A stretch of 53,887 bases of DNA from a virus (IMGVR_UViG_3300050343_000164:1-53887); one strand, 5' to 3'; positions 1-9,113 are shown, numbered from the stretch's first letter. The notes: generated by a model from the sequence alone, not told the origin. Numbers and translations are program-made.

Positions 1-399
1 GAACGTGCTGAGAAGCAGGAGCAAGAGTCAGGCGGCATCTACGGTCTCGATCTTGCACAGTCTGCAATCGACGACGTTGAGACCGACATGCCTCGCGAGC
101 GCATCAAGCAAGCTGTTCAGTCTGACTACGAGCTGTTGTTCACCACGCAGACTCTGATCATGACCGAGCTCGGTATCGACGGCCAAGCGTTCGACATCGA
201 CTTGTTGTTCTTCAATCCGTCCAGCCTCGACAAGCAAACGGATACGTGGGTCAACGCTACACCAGCTGACACCTACGACAGTGCCATGCTTGTCATGCAG
301 GAGATTGTCGACGAGCTCAAAGCGTCCGACTCCAAGACCCAGCTTGCTGGTTTCATGGCTAATCGCGCGGCAGCGTTAGAGGCACGTCTTGCCGCTTAG
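1..399 (+). CDS. Hypothetical early protein, 5'-truncated
   Basis: The frame of the 88..399 ORF is open back to base 1 (ERAEKQEQESGGIYGLDLAQ...), and a terminator follows. Confidence 0.75.
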   Translation, partial: ERAEKQEQESGGIYGLDLAQSAIDDVETDMPRERIKQAVQSDYELLFTTQTLIMTELGIDGQAFDIDLLFFNPSSLDKQTDTWVNATPADTYDSAMLVMQEIVDELKASDSKTQLAGFMANRAAALEARLAA

Positions 400-411
400 T
401 AGTTACTCCAC

Positions 412-444
412 CCCGGTGCCACTCGTTGGCATCGGGTTTTTTTT
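412..444 (+). terminator. Rho-independent terminator
   Basis: CCCGGTGCCA-ctcgt-TGGCATCGGG followed by T8. Confidence 0.85.
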
Positions 445-471
445 CTTAACCCATAGAGGACTCAGCGTGCC

Positions 472-669
472 ATGAACCATGAAGACGAAGAAGAAGGCTT
501 CATCATCGAATTTGAAGCAGCAGACGAGCTCAAGGAACTACTTGTTGCTCAACAAAAGACCCTAATCGAAGCACAAGAGAGCATGCAGTTAGCAACGGAA
601 GCACTCAACACTGCCGAAGAAGTGATCTTAACTATCGTGCCTCAAACCAATCAGGACACGGACAAATGA
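472..669 (+). CDS. Hypothetical acidic coiled-coil protein
   Basis: GAGGA upstream, and ATGA overlap with the next gene. Confidence 0.7.
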   Translation: MNHEDEEEGFIIEFEAADELKELLVAQQKTLIEAQESMQLATEALNTAEEVILTIVPQTNQDTDK

Positions 670-923
670 ACCAAGAATTTCCATTCGAAGAAATCCGCGA
701 CGAGTACGGCGACCTATTCAACAGTGTCGACGCTGCTATGGCTGCAGGTTTCACCCGCAATCAGGTCTGGTCTGTAGTTGACGCAGACTCAGACGACCCA
801 AATGTACACAGCATCTGGTGCTATGGCCCGCCACACCACTATGTCAATTTACTGGGTTACACCTGCACCAGAGAGAAACACGACGACGACACTTACTTTG
901 AGGAAGTAGTTTACCGTGACTAA
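666..923 (+). CDS. Hypothetical phage protein
   Basis: Coupled ORF in the early cluster with a VWSVVD...HYVNLLGY pattern. Confidence 0.75.
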   Translation: MNQEFPFEEIRDEYGDLFNSVDAAMAAGFTRNQVWSVVDADSDDPNVHSIWCYGPPHHYVNLLGYTCTREKHDDDTYFEEVVYRD

Positions 924-1233
924 TCTAAAGCAACGCATCTTAAACATGGACGCATACCACTCCGGCGATTACTTCGACGTATCGACAGTAGCCCAACGAT
1001 TTAAGGTCGGCTCAGTTGAAGTAAGAGACACGTTCCAAACAATGTGCAACCAGAGATTACTTGTTAAACGCGCACGCCAAGCTCGTTCAACAATCTATAT
1101 GCGCCCCTTCTACAACCGTTGGCTAAGTAAACCATGGGCCATGTATCACCCACCATGTCCCACGCCAGATGAACTGACACCAAACACCTCATTTATCTAC
1201 GGGAGTCCTGTGTATGACCAACATGAAACATGA
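916..1233 (+). CDS. Hypothetical protein, possible winged-helix DNA-binding fold
   Basis: GTG start after AGGAAG; STVAQRFKVGSVEVRDTFQTM...LLVK resembles a wHTH. Confidence 0.55.
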   Translation: MTNLKQRILNMDAYHSGDYFDVSTVAQRFKVGSVEVRDTFQTMCNQRLLVKRARQARSTIYMRPFYNRWLSKPWAMYHPPCPTPDELTPNTSFIYGSPVYDQHET

Positions 1234-1399
1234 TCCATGGACCAAGCTGACAGACATGGCAGCAGCACACATCGAGTCGTGCATCCGTGCAGAAAACAGA
1301 CCCGCTGTTGAGAAGCTACTGAGTGAGCTATGCAACAGCACCAAACTAAAACGAGATGTTTTGGTGGACTTTCTAAGCACTAAGCCAATCAAGGAGTGA
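1214..1399 (+). CDS. Hypothetical protein
   Basis: GGGAG upstream; tightly packed with neighbours. Confidence 0.6.
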   Translation: MTNMKHDPWTKLTDMAAAHIESCIRAENRPAVEKLLSELCNSTKLKRDVLVDFLSTKPIKE

Positions 1400-1402
1400 C
1401 TT

Positions 1403-1708
1403 ATGATATTAGCAGGACTAATCGCAGCAGCCGGTCTGCTGTTCCTACTATTCAAATTTGGCATGCGCCGCATCATTAACTACGACATATACGTCGACTT
1501 GTTCGTCACCGTGCTGCTGATGTTCCTACTCGCAGGCACGTTCAGCGGCATGATGGCAGCACTCTTTGCTGGCCTGGTTGTCAGCGTCATGCTCTTCCTC
1601 ATGAAGCGCACCATGCGACATGAGTCATTCGGCATTATCAAGACTGACAAGTTTCCCTACCGCAAGCTGGGCTGGCGCGTGCATGAGCCACAAGGCGTAG
1701 CGTCGTGA
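1403..1708 (+). CDS. Small membrane protein (about 3 TM helices)
   Basis: AAGGAG RBS and three hydrophobic segments. Confidence 0.8.
   Translation: MILAGLIAAAGLLFLLFKFGMRRIINYDIYVDLFVTVLLMFLLAGTFSGMMAALFAGLVVSVMLFLMKRTMRHESFGIIKTDKFPYRKLGWRVHEPQGVAS
1408..1422. promoter_or_regulatory. Palindromic operator-like site ATTAG-N5-CTAAT
   Basis: ATTAG CAGGA CTAAT, immediately after the start codon at 1403. Confidence 0.7.
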
Positions 1709-1839
1709 CACGCAAAGAGCTGATCGAGTCACTCATCCAATGGACCTACAAAACAGGTGTTGAATGGGAGTTCGGCTTCGAAGACGAAGGCTTCGTCAGC
1801 GTGATCTTCCCTTACGACGAGGAAGAAGACAATGAATGA
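1705..1839 (+). CDS. Hypothetical 44-aa protein (not in ORF track)
   Basis: GTGA overlap with the previous stop; MTRKELIESLIQWTYKTGVEWEFGFEDEGFVSVIFPYDEEEDNE fills the gap exactly. Confidence 0.6.
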   Translation: MTRKELIESLIQWTYKTGVEWEFGFEDEGFVSVIFPYDEEEDNE

Positions 1840-2419
1840 AGAAACACATCGCACCGTGACAATTACAGCCGAGATGCACACCTCCTACTCCATCGAAGTC
1901 AACGTGCCTAGCTATTTAGACGACGACGATATTTGGCAAAAACTCGTCAGAGACGGACACCTTAACGGCAGCAACATGGTGTGCGACAACGATGGATGGG
2001 CAGATTATTGGACTTGGGGCGATATGTACGATTCAGACTTCAATCCCGTTGCTGACGACTATTCAGACTCCTTCCCAGAAATAACAGACTGCTGGGAAGA
2101 CCATATTGATTCGTACCCACCTCCATGGGAACGCCCCGTCATCGAAGCATTAATAGACGGCATTATTAAACGTGGCTTCTCTATTGAGATACGTTGCGGC
2201 ACGCGACGCATGTATGGCCCAGGCATCGACAAGCGTGAAATTTTTGCTGAACTTGCAGCTGGTGATGAGGATGTAATCGCCTTGCACAAAGACGGAAAAC
2301 ATTCCGGCGTCTTTCACCTTATTTACAACAACGGCTCAAAAAAAGATCCACGAGTAGTTATCCATGACTACTCGTGCCACGACTGGTGCGAAGAAATTAT
2401 GAAGGAGCTACCGCAATGA
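1832..2419 (+). CDS. Hypothetical protein, possibly two fused small domains
   Basis: 195-aa ORF coupled to both neighbours. Confidence 0.75.
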   Translation: MNEETHRTVTITAEMHTSYSIEVNVPSYLDDDDIWQKLVRDGHLNGSNMVCDNDGWADYWTWGDMYDSDFNPVADDYSDSFPEITDCWEDHIDSYPPPWERPVIEALIDGIIKRGFSIEIRCGTRRMYGPGIDKREIFAELAAGDEDVIALHKDGKHSGVFHLIYNNGSKKDPRVVIHDYSCHDWCEEIMKELPQ

Positions 2420-2682
2420 CAAATGACATCGCTAAACAACTGCTCCAACAAATCAAAGAAATCAACGAGGCATATGCCATGCAGCTTGACCTATCAGACG
2501 GTCGCATGCCGTGTTCCATCACGGACGACCCACTCAACGACTATTCCCACTGGCATGACAAAACTGGTCCGTATGCACAGCACGAAGAAGAAGACTGCTT
2601 CGACGCTTACCGCAACGAGCGTGCCCCAGACCCTGACCCCAACGAACCTAACGACTACGAGAGCAAAAGCCATGGCTATTGA
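2416..2682 (+). CDS. Hypothetical acidic protein
   Basis: ATG at 2416 with AAGGAG RBS and ATGA overlap (MTNDIAKQLLQ...). Confidence 0.65.
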   Translation: MTNDIAKQLLQQIKEINEAYAMQLDLSDGRMPCSITDDPLNDYSHWHDKTGPYAQHEEEDCFDAYRNERAPDPDPNEPNDYESKSHGY

Positions 2683-2947
2683 TCAAGAAGTATTAGACAC
2701 CGTAACAGATAAGCTCCGAGCAGCTGTTGAAGAGCTTTGGGAAAGCCGAGAAGCAAACGACATTGGCCCGGTAATAGGCGCTGCTTTATGCCACATGGGC
2801 GCATCAATGTACTTTTACTGCGAAGAAGACAAAGCAGTAGCAGCAGTCGCTGTCTTAGAAGCATGCACATTTGGCATTGAAGAAGCGCGCGCTTTTGCAA
2901 TGACCGATGCTTTAGAAAATAGCTGCAAAAGTCTAACGCTCCAGTGA
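2672..2947 (+). CDS. Hypothetical protein
   Basis: Likely start MAIDQEVLDTV, overlapping the previous stop. Confidence 0.65.
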   Translation: MAIDQEVLDTVTDKLRAAVEELWESREANDIGPVIGAALCHMGASMYFYCEEDKAVAAVAVLEACTFGIEEARAFAMTDALENSCKSLTLQ

Positions 2948-3038
2948 AGCAATTGCCCGAAATACCAGAACACCTGTGCGCCCTAATATTAGTAGGGCTA
3001 TTTATTTTACTCATACAAGTATGGGAGCTAACAATTAT

Positions 3039-3233
3039 ATGAGTGATCTCCGATATCACATGTGCAACCAAGACCCCGAAGTTGACTACAGCTGGGAAGA
3101 ATATGACGCACGCGGCATTTACTTATGTCGCGTCTGCCCAAAATGCGTCAAAGCCAAACTCGCAACTTACCGCCCTGAAGTGTTGAACGACTCAAGCTAT
3201 TCAGCAGACGAGCCAATCGAGGAGGACATATGA
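3039..3233 (+). CDS. Small Zn-ribbon-like protein
   Basis: GGGAG upstream of the ATG at 3039; C...WEEYDARGIYLCRVCPKC. Confidence 0.7.
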   Translation: MSDLRYHMCNQDPEVDYSWEEYDARGIYLCRVCPKCVKAKLATYRPEVLNDSSYSADEPIEEDI

Positions 3234-3430
3234 AATGTGAATGGTGCTCTGACGGCATTTTCTCTGATGAAGACCTTGCCGTGTGGCCCGAAGACGCCCC
3301 CGACGACATCAGCATATCCCCTACCACTGACCTCATGCTGTATCACAAGTGGTGTTTTGAATCGCTTATCAACGAAGAGCGGCAACAACAGCACATGAAG
3401 CATGCACCAGACAACATGGAGATCGCATGA
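3230..3430 (+). CDS. Small Zn-finger-like protein
   Basis: GAGGAGG RBS; CEWC...HKWC. Confidence 0.7.
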   Translation: MKCEWCSDGIFSDEDLAVWPEDAPDDISISPTTDLMLYHKWCFESLINEERQQQHMKHAPDNMEIA

Positions 3431-3615
3431 ATAAATACAAAGTCGCTGTCATAGAAACAAGTTACTGGTATGTAACTGTCGAAGGCGAGACCGAATCAAT
3501 AGCGGCAGACAACGCTGTTGTGCTTTTCCAAGAAAACTATGACTCACTTTCAGAAGTCGGTGATGAGTACGTGCCGGGATTTTTAGAGGCACAAATAGAA
3601 GGAAGAGTCGCATGA
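3427..3615 (+). CDS. Hypothetical protein, DpnD/PcfM-like pattern
   Basis: GGAG RBS; KYKVAVIETSYWYVTVEGETESIA. Confidence 0.6.
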   Translation: MNKYKVAVIETSYWYVTVEGETESIAADNAVVLFQENYDSLSEVGDEYVPGFLEAQIEGRVA

Positions 3616-3806
3616 TTAAGACACGCCAAGAAGCAATTCAGTGGTGCCTAACCCATCTACACCATCACATGCAGCACATCGTTACCGACCATGAACCACG
3701 AAACATGATTCAAATAGACCCTGCGGAGCTCACGCAGATTCTATCCGTTCTATCTAACGAGCAATTCTCACGAGGAGACATTAATGAGAACAATCCGACC
3801 CGCTGA
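3612..3806 (+). CDS. Hypothetical protein
   Basis: ATGA-coupled ORF. Confidence 0.6.
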   Translation: MIKTRQEAIQWCLTHLHHHMQHIVTDHEPRNMIQIDPAELTQILSVLSNEQFSRGDINENNPTR

Positions 3807-4785
3807 TCTTGCTAAGCAAGCAGCTAAAGCAGCCAAATCCGGCCAAGCCACAATGATCTGGGGCTCACCTGGCATCGGCAAATCCGAAATCGTTTATCAA
3901 ACTGGTAAAACGCTCAACGCTAAAGTCTTTGAAATTCGCGCAAATCTTTACGATCCAGTTGATGTACGCGGTGGCCTTAAAGTTGTCGAACAAATGGATG
4001 GTACTTACCGTACAAAATACGGCGTGCCAGAAGACTACCCAGACACAAACTACCAGGGAACCGTTGTGCTGTTTATTGATGACATCACACATGCACCAAA
4101 AGCAACACAAGCCGCACTCATGCAACTATTACTTATGGATCGCATTGGTACTTACCAGCTACCACCAAACACTATAAAAATTGCAGCTGGCAATAGAAGT
4201 TACGACCGTGCAGGCGCTGTCGGAATGACATCAGCAGTGCAAAGTCGTTTCCGACACTACACTTTAGAACCTCATATTGACGACTTCTGTGCTCACGCAC
4301 ACCAAATCGGTATGGACCCATCCATTCCTGCATTTCTACGTTATCGACCAAACCTACTTAACGACATGGATACAACCGAAAGTGCATTCCCAACACCACG
4401 CACTTGGTCATTTGTAAACGAAGCGCTGCCATTTATTGATGACGACGGCTTCTATGACGTTGCGTCATGTGTGGGCGACGGTGCAGCAGGCGAATACTTG
4501 ACCTTCCGTAAAATCTACCACGATCTACCTGACATTGATCAAATCATTCGCAGTCCTGGCAGTGTTCGTGTGCCTGACTCACCTAGTACGTTATATGCAG
4601 TAGCAGGCGCTTTGTCAGCTCGTGCAAGTCAGCAAGATATCAAGCCCATCATGACTTACCTGCGTCGTTTGCCTGCTGAGTATCAAGTCGTAGCAGTCAA
4701 AGACATATTAGGTAAAGACCGCACGCTTGCTACCGAACAAGCAGTACAGCAATACATTACCGACAACGCTTCAGTTATCTTCTAA
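3784..4785 (+). CDS. AAA+ ATPase (MoxR-like)
   Basis: Walker A GSPGIGKS, Walker B LFIDD, sensor AAGNR, arginine finger SRF, PTPRTW; GAGGAG RBS. Confidence 0.9.
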   Translation: MRTIRPADLAKQAAKAAKSGQATMIWGSPGIGKSEIVYQTGKTLNAKVFEIRANLYDPVDVRGGLKVVEQMDGTYRTKYGVPEDYPDTNYQGTVVLFIDDITHAPKATQAALMQLLLMDRIGTYQLPPNTIKIAAGNRSYDRAGAVGMTSAVQSRFRHYTLEPHIDDFCAHAHQIGMDPSIPAFLRYRPNLLNDMDTTESAFPTPRTWSFVNEALPFIDDDGFYDVASCVGDGAAGEYLTFRKIYHDLPDIDQIIRSPGSVRVPDSPSTLYAVAGALSARASQQDIKPIMTYLRRLPAEYQVVAVKDILGKDRTLATEQAVQQYITDNASVIF

Positions 4786-4795
4786 GGAGAACAAC

Positions 4796-5461
4796 ATGGC
4801 ATCAGTAAGATTAGGAAAAGATTTACGAAAAACAATCTTTAGGGCTGCAGAAAAAGCATATGACTCTACTGCAACCGAAGCAACAGTAGACAACGATATC
4901 CTCGAACAAATATGGAAAGGCATCGTTGATCACCCAACACATCAAGCTTACAGCAAGTATGTGGCAGACCACAAAAGAAGCACCGAGAATTTTCTTTATC
5001 AACAGATAAAAAAGACCGAATCAAACAGGCTTTGTGTCTCAGGCTACGGAGGAGAAAAAGAAGATCACCGAATTTACCTTGATCTACCGACAACTCGAAC
5101 CTCTTACATAGACTACGGCTATAACGCTCACCACGTCGAACTAAGCGATTTACATTTATCTTCTGTGCAATATCTTGCCATTAAAGACAAAATAAAAGCA
5201 GTTTCTGAAAAACGCGTACAAGCCGCAACAGACAAACAGCATTACCTACGCCAAATCAAAGCTCTGCTTGAAAGCTGTAACACACTTAAACAGTTACTCG
5301 ATACACAACCTTCAATGAGAGAGTTCGTAGACGACGAGCTGGTTCGTGACATGCACAAAAAAGTGACTCGCGAATCTCAAGCTAGAGAACGTCGTGAAAT
5401 TGCACAAGTCGACAGTGACCTTATTAATCAAGTGGTACTCACATCTAAACTGGTAGCTTAA
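4796..5461 (+). CDS. Hypothetical protein, C-terminus resembles Nmad5
   Basis: AAGGAG RBS before the ATG at 4796; LLESCNTLKQLLDTQPSMREFV recalls the Nmad5 C-terminal motif. Confidence 0.5.
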   Translation: MASVRLGKDLRKTIFRAAEKAYDSTATEATVDNDILEQIWKGIVDHPTHQAYSKYVADHKRSTENFLYQQIKKTESNRLCVSGYGGEKEDHRIYLDLPTTRTSYIDYGYNAHHVELSDLHLSSVQYLAIKDKIKAVSEKRVQAATDKQHYLRQIKALLESCNTLKQLLDTQPSMREFVDDELVRDMHKKVTRESQARERREIAQVDSDLINQVVLTSKLVA

Positions 5462-5463
5462 TT

Positions 5464-6582
5464 ATGGAACATGAATCATTAACCATGCAGCGTGTTACCT
5501 CAGCGCGTTCGCAGCTTATTCTCAACGAGCCATTCTTCGGCGTATTGAGTCTCAAGCTAAAAGTACGCGAACGCGATGATCTCAAAACAGCTGCAACAGA
5601 CGGTACTCACTTAGACTTCAACGCTAAATTTATAAACAAACTAACTGACATGGAACTGCAGGGCCTCATTGCACACGAAGTCATGCACTGTGTCAGTCAC
5701 CATATGACGCGACGGCAGGAACGCGATCCTATGCAGTGGAACATTGCAGCCGATCACGCAATCAACTTGTTTCTTTTAGATACAGGCTTCATCTTGCCCG
5801 AGGGTGGCGTACACGACGAGCAATATCGTGATATGACAGCCGAAGCAATCTACGAACAAGTTGACGAAGACGCAAAACCTTGTATTTGGGGCTTAGTTAA
5901 TGACGCAGGTGAAGCTGCTGTTGACGCAGACTCCGGTTCTGGCTTGGAAGTTTCATGGGATCTTGCAGTTCAACAAGCTGCCGAAGTTGCTAAAGCAGCA
6001 GGCAAGCTACCAGGCGGAGTCGAGCGTCTTATTGATCAGTTAGAAAAAGCACAGATCGACTTCAGACAATACTTATGGCCTTTCTTTACAGGCAACAGCA
6101 AAGATGATTTCACCTGGCGTCGCCCACACCGTGCTTACATTAGTGAAGACGAATATTTTCCATCAATGCACAGTGAGGCACCCGGTACATACGTCATCGG
6201 CATGGATACTTCTGGCTCAACGCACAATCAAATACACAAATTCCTATCTGAAATTTGCGCTATTCACGAAGACCTTAAACCAGAACGCATGGTATTTATC
6301 CAATGCGATACAGAAGTTGACGAAGCACGCATCGTCGATGTAACTGGTGATGAGGAACTAACCGATAGCATCCTCAATGTAGGCGGTGGCGGCGGCACGT
6401 TATTCCAACCAGTCTTTCGTTGGGTAGAGCAACAGCAAATCGAGCCGGAAGGCATGGTGTTCTTTACTGACTTAGCTCCAGCGGACAACTATCCCCCAGA
6501 GCCAGATTACCCTGTCTTGTGGGTTTCAACAGACGCTAATGAGGTCGCTCCTTGGGGCCAAACCACTTATCTGTTGCAATAA
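5464..6582 (+). CDS. HEXXH metallopeptidase-like plus vWA domain protein (DUF2201 type)
   Basis: TAATDG, HEVMH, WNIAADHAIN, MIDAS DTSGS, GGGGT, FFTDL. Confidence 0.9.
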   Translation: MEHESLTMQRVTSARSQLILNEPFFGVLSLKLKVRERDDLKTAATDGTHLDFNAKFINKLTDMELQGLIAHEVMHCVSHHMTRRQERDPMQWNIAADHAINLFLLDTGFILPEGGVHDEQYRDMTAEAIYEQVDEDAKPCIWGLVNDAGEAAVDADSGSGLEVSWDLAVQQAAEVAKAAGKLPGGVERLIDQLEKAQIDFRQYLWPFFTGNSKDDFTWRRPHRAYISEDEYFPSMHSEAPGTYVIGMDTSGSTHNQIHKFLSEICAIHEDLKPERMVFIQCDTEVDEARIVDVTGDEELTDSILNVGGGGGTLFQPVFRWVEQQQIEPEGMVFFTDLAPADNYPPEPDYPVLWVSTDANEVAPWGQTTYLLQ

Positions 6583-6585
6583 TAA

Positions 6586-6600
6586 ATTAGTGCGGCTAAT
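6586..6600. promoter_or_regulatory. Palindromic operator-like site
   Basis: ATTAG TGCGG CTAAT, intergenic, running into TAATAT. Confidence 0.8.
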
Positions 6601-6625
6601 ATCGTGTATGCATTGAGGCATAGAT

Positions 6626-6964
6626 ATGAAACCAGCACAAAGCACGACGCTTTCAAGCGATACACAAGACTTTAAAAAATCTATTAGCAGCTTGATACAA
6701 GTCAACAAGTGTCATGTGACACCTGCTGATTGGGCTCGCATCTCAACACTCTACCCTTACGCATCAAGTGCTTGGGTAGCAGTTCCCAAAGAAGACGTGC
6801 GGTTCTTAGAGCTACTTGTCAGAGATGGCTGCTCCTATGCCTACGCATCGTTATTGCAGTCCTGTGATCGCAACAACATTGAGTGGATACATTTTTCCAA
6901 AGATTATCCACTCATACGGGGGCTAGAAGTTTTCACAGATGAGTGGCGAACCCAAACAGCTTAA
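6626..6964 (+). CDS. Hypothetical protein, DUF5983-like pattern
   Basis: GAGG RBS; HVTPAD...GCSYAYASLL...WIHFSKD...LEVF. Confidence 0.55.
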   Translation: MKPAQSTTLSSDTQDFKKSISSLIQVNKCHVTPADWARISTLYPYASSAWVAVPKEDVRFLELLVRDGCSYAYASLLQSCDRNNIEWIHFSKDYPLIRGLEVFTDEWRTQTA

Positions 6965-7139
6965 ACAAAATGTTTTAGACCGCATACGCATCGAACAAGA
7001 AACAAAAGAGTTTTTAGAACGTGGCGGAAAAATCAAAAAAATGCCTAAGCACGCTAGTGCATGGGATGAAGACGCGGTTGAGTTTATCCCGCGCAAAATA
7101 CGAGGTAAAAAACGTGAGCAAGACGCTCCTGACTCTTGA
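6939..7139 (+). CDS. SutA-like RNA-polymerase-binding small protein
   Basis: RIRIEQETKEFLERGGKIKKMP resembles the Pseudomonas SutA core (..MEEFLSRGGKVQEI). Confidence 0.65.
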   Translation: MSGEPKQLKQNVLDRIRIEQETKEFLERGGKIKKMPKHASAWDEDAVEFIPRKIRGKKREQDAPDS

Positions 7140-8931
7140 TTTTGAGACTTACTACGACGTACAGGTTTCGCTACAAAAGATCTCTACAATGGAATACATC
7201 AGACACCCCATGTTCAAAGTGTGGGGTGTTGGCCTTCAAGTAGATGACGGCGAACCATACTGGGTGCCCGAAGACGAAGTTGAAGCTGCGCTTGCAGAGT
7301 TTGATTGGGATGACACTGCCCTTCTATGCCACAACACTCCGTTTGATGGCTTCATACTGACCCAATACTACAAAATCAAACCTGCCTATTACTACGACAC
7401 CGCAGCAATGGCACGAGGATGGTGGCCGGGACAAACAGCTTCTCTTAGAGCAACAAGCGAACGCTGCTTTCCACACGACGAAACTATGCGGAAAGGCACT
7501 GAGTTGGTAAACGCCAAAGGTATTTACGATTTGCCACCTGACATAGAAGAAGAGATAGCTGGTTACTGCAGGCAAGACGTTGCTTTGACTTACGCTATTT
7601 TCAAACAGCTAATAGAGGGATACCCACAAAGCGAGTTAGATCTTATAGATCTGACAACCACCATGTTCTGCGAGCCAATCCTGAAAATAGATAGGGAGCG
7701 GCTCACCATGTACCATGAAACAGAAGTCATGGCTGGTGAAACAGCAATCAGCAACAGTGGCTATTGTAAAAAGGTACTTGCCTCAAACCAAAAGTTTACC
7801 GCTGCAATCAAAGAAGATCTTGATATCACTGCCCCCACCAAAGTCAGCCCAACAACAGGCAAAGTAATACCTGCATTAGGCAAAAATGATGCTGGCTGGA
7901 AACAGATGCGCGCTATGTACCCAGAACACGAGCATGTGTGGGCTGGTCGAGTAGCGGTTAAATCCAGAATAAACGAGACAAGAGCAACACGCTTCCTGGC
8001 TGCAGCTGACCCCGTTACTGATACCCTGCCCGCTCCTTTGCGGTATTACGCAGCTCACACGGGCAGATTCGGAGGCACAGACAAACTTAATCTACAAAAC
8101 TTACCCAGAGGCAGTGAACTTCGTAAGTCTTTAATTGCCCCAGATGACCACCTTGTTTATGTCGCTGACCTGAGCAACATCGAAGCTCGCATGCTTGCAT
8201 GGCTTGCTGGTCAAGACGATTTATTAGCGCAGTTTGCTCACGGCGAAGACATCTACAGCAACTTTGCTGCAACTGTGTACAACAAGCCCATTGATAAGAA
8301 AGAACACCCTACCGAACGGTTTGTAGGCAAGACTGCAATCCTTGGTCTTGGTTACGGCATGGGTGCAAAGAAGTTCCAAGCAACACTTGCCGCCGGAGCA
8401 GCAGGTCCGTCGCTACAATTCTCAGACAGTCAAGCTGCGGGCGTAGTTACAAAGTATCGACAGTCCTATTACAAAATCCCAATACTTTGGAAACGCTTAG
8501 AAAACTTCTTAGCTATGTCACTGCAGCAACGCGGTACTTTGGATTACTCAGTATTACAATTTACTAATAATGAAATAATACTTCCAAACGCTATGTCATT
8601 GAAATATATGGACTTAAAAAACGAGGGAGGAGAATTAGTATATACAGGTAGAAACGGAAGAGAAAAGACCTATGGCGGAAGACTAACTGAGAACGTCGTC
8701 CAAGCCTTATCTAGAATCGTAATTACAGATGCAATGCTCAAACTAAGAAACGAATTAACCGAAGGTCAAGTTGCGCTAACTGTCCACGATGAAGTGGTAA
8801 TAGTTGCCCCAAATACTAACCCTGATGCTACAATGAATTCTATAATTGATATCTTGTGTACACCCCCGAACTGGGCAAAGGACTTGCCGCTAGACGCCGA
8901 AGGGGGATACGCCCATAACTACAGTAAATAA
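7114..8931 (+). CDS. polA: DNA polymerase family A with 3'-5' exonuclease
   Basis: ExoI LDFETY, HN, ExoIII YCRQD, HTGR, NLQNLP, motif A DLSNIEAR, motif B RFVGKTAILGLGYG, motif C VHDE; GTG start at 7114 after GAGGT. Confidence 0.95.
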   Translation: MSKTLLTLDFETYYDVQVSLQKISTMEYIRHPMFKVWGVGLQVDDGEPYWVPEDEVEAALAEFDWDDTALLCHNTPFDGFILTQYYKIKPAYYYDTAAMARGWWPGQTASLRATSERCFPHDETMRKGTELVNAKGIYDLPPDIEEEIAGYCRQDVALTYAIFKQLIEGYPQSELDLIDLTTTMFCEPILKIDRERLTMYHETEVMAGETAISNSGYCKKVLASNQKFTAAIKEDLDITAPTKVSPTTGKVIPALGKNDAGWKQMRAMYPEHEHVWAGRVAVKSRINETRATRFLAAADPVTDTLPAPLRYYAAHTGRFGGTDKLNLQNLPRGSELRKSLIAPDDHLVYVADLSNIEARMLAWLAGQDDLLAQFAHGEDIYSNFAATVYNKPIDKKEHPTERFVGKTAILGLGYGMGAKKFQATLAAGAAGPSLQFSDSQAAGVVTKYRQSYYKIPILWKRLENFLAMSLQQRGTLDYSVLQFTNNEIILPNAMSLKYMDLKNEGGELVYTGRNGREKTYGGRLTENVVQALSRIVITDAMLKLRNELTEGQVALTVHDEVVIVAPNTNPDATMNSIIDILCTPPNWAKDLPLDAEGGYAHNYSK

Positions 8932-8932
8932 T

Positions 8933-9109
8933 ATGTCGCGACTGGTATTGACAAGGAAAGTCAACGATAAGGTCACCCTCTCCAAAGACGGTGAGCATGT
9001 CGCTACTGTAACAGTGGGTCGGATAGACCGAAACCAAGTCAGAATCGTATTCGAAGCAGACTCTAATGTAGAAATAACCCGAGAGCCTCGGGAAAAAAAG
9101 TCTGCCTAA
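8933..9109 (+). CDS. csrA: CsrA/RsmA-like RNA-binding regulator, 58 aa (not in ORF track)
   Basis: MSRLVLTRKVNDKVTLSKDGEHVATVTVGRIDRNQVRIVFEADSNVEITREPREKKSA matches the CsrA pattern LxLTR...VTV...NQVRI...A...V...RE. Confidence 0.85.
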   Translation: MSRLVLTRKVNDKVTLSKDGEHVATVTVGRIDRNQVRIVFEADSNVEITREPREKKSA

Positions 9110-9113
9110 CCAT

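Noticed and set aside
7021-7113. Track start of the DNA polymerase at 7021
   Set aside because: It overlaps the SutA-like gene. GTG at 7114 has a GAGGT RBS and directly precedes the ExoI motif.
8553-8568. ATTAC-N6-CTAAT inside polA as an operator
   Set aside because: The spacer is 6 bp rather than 5, in an AT-rich coding stretch. Two-mismatch intragenic hits (2692, 23431, 43832, 48571) were likewise not counted.
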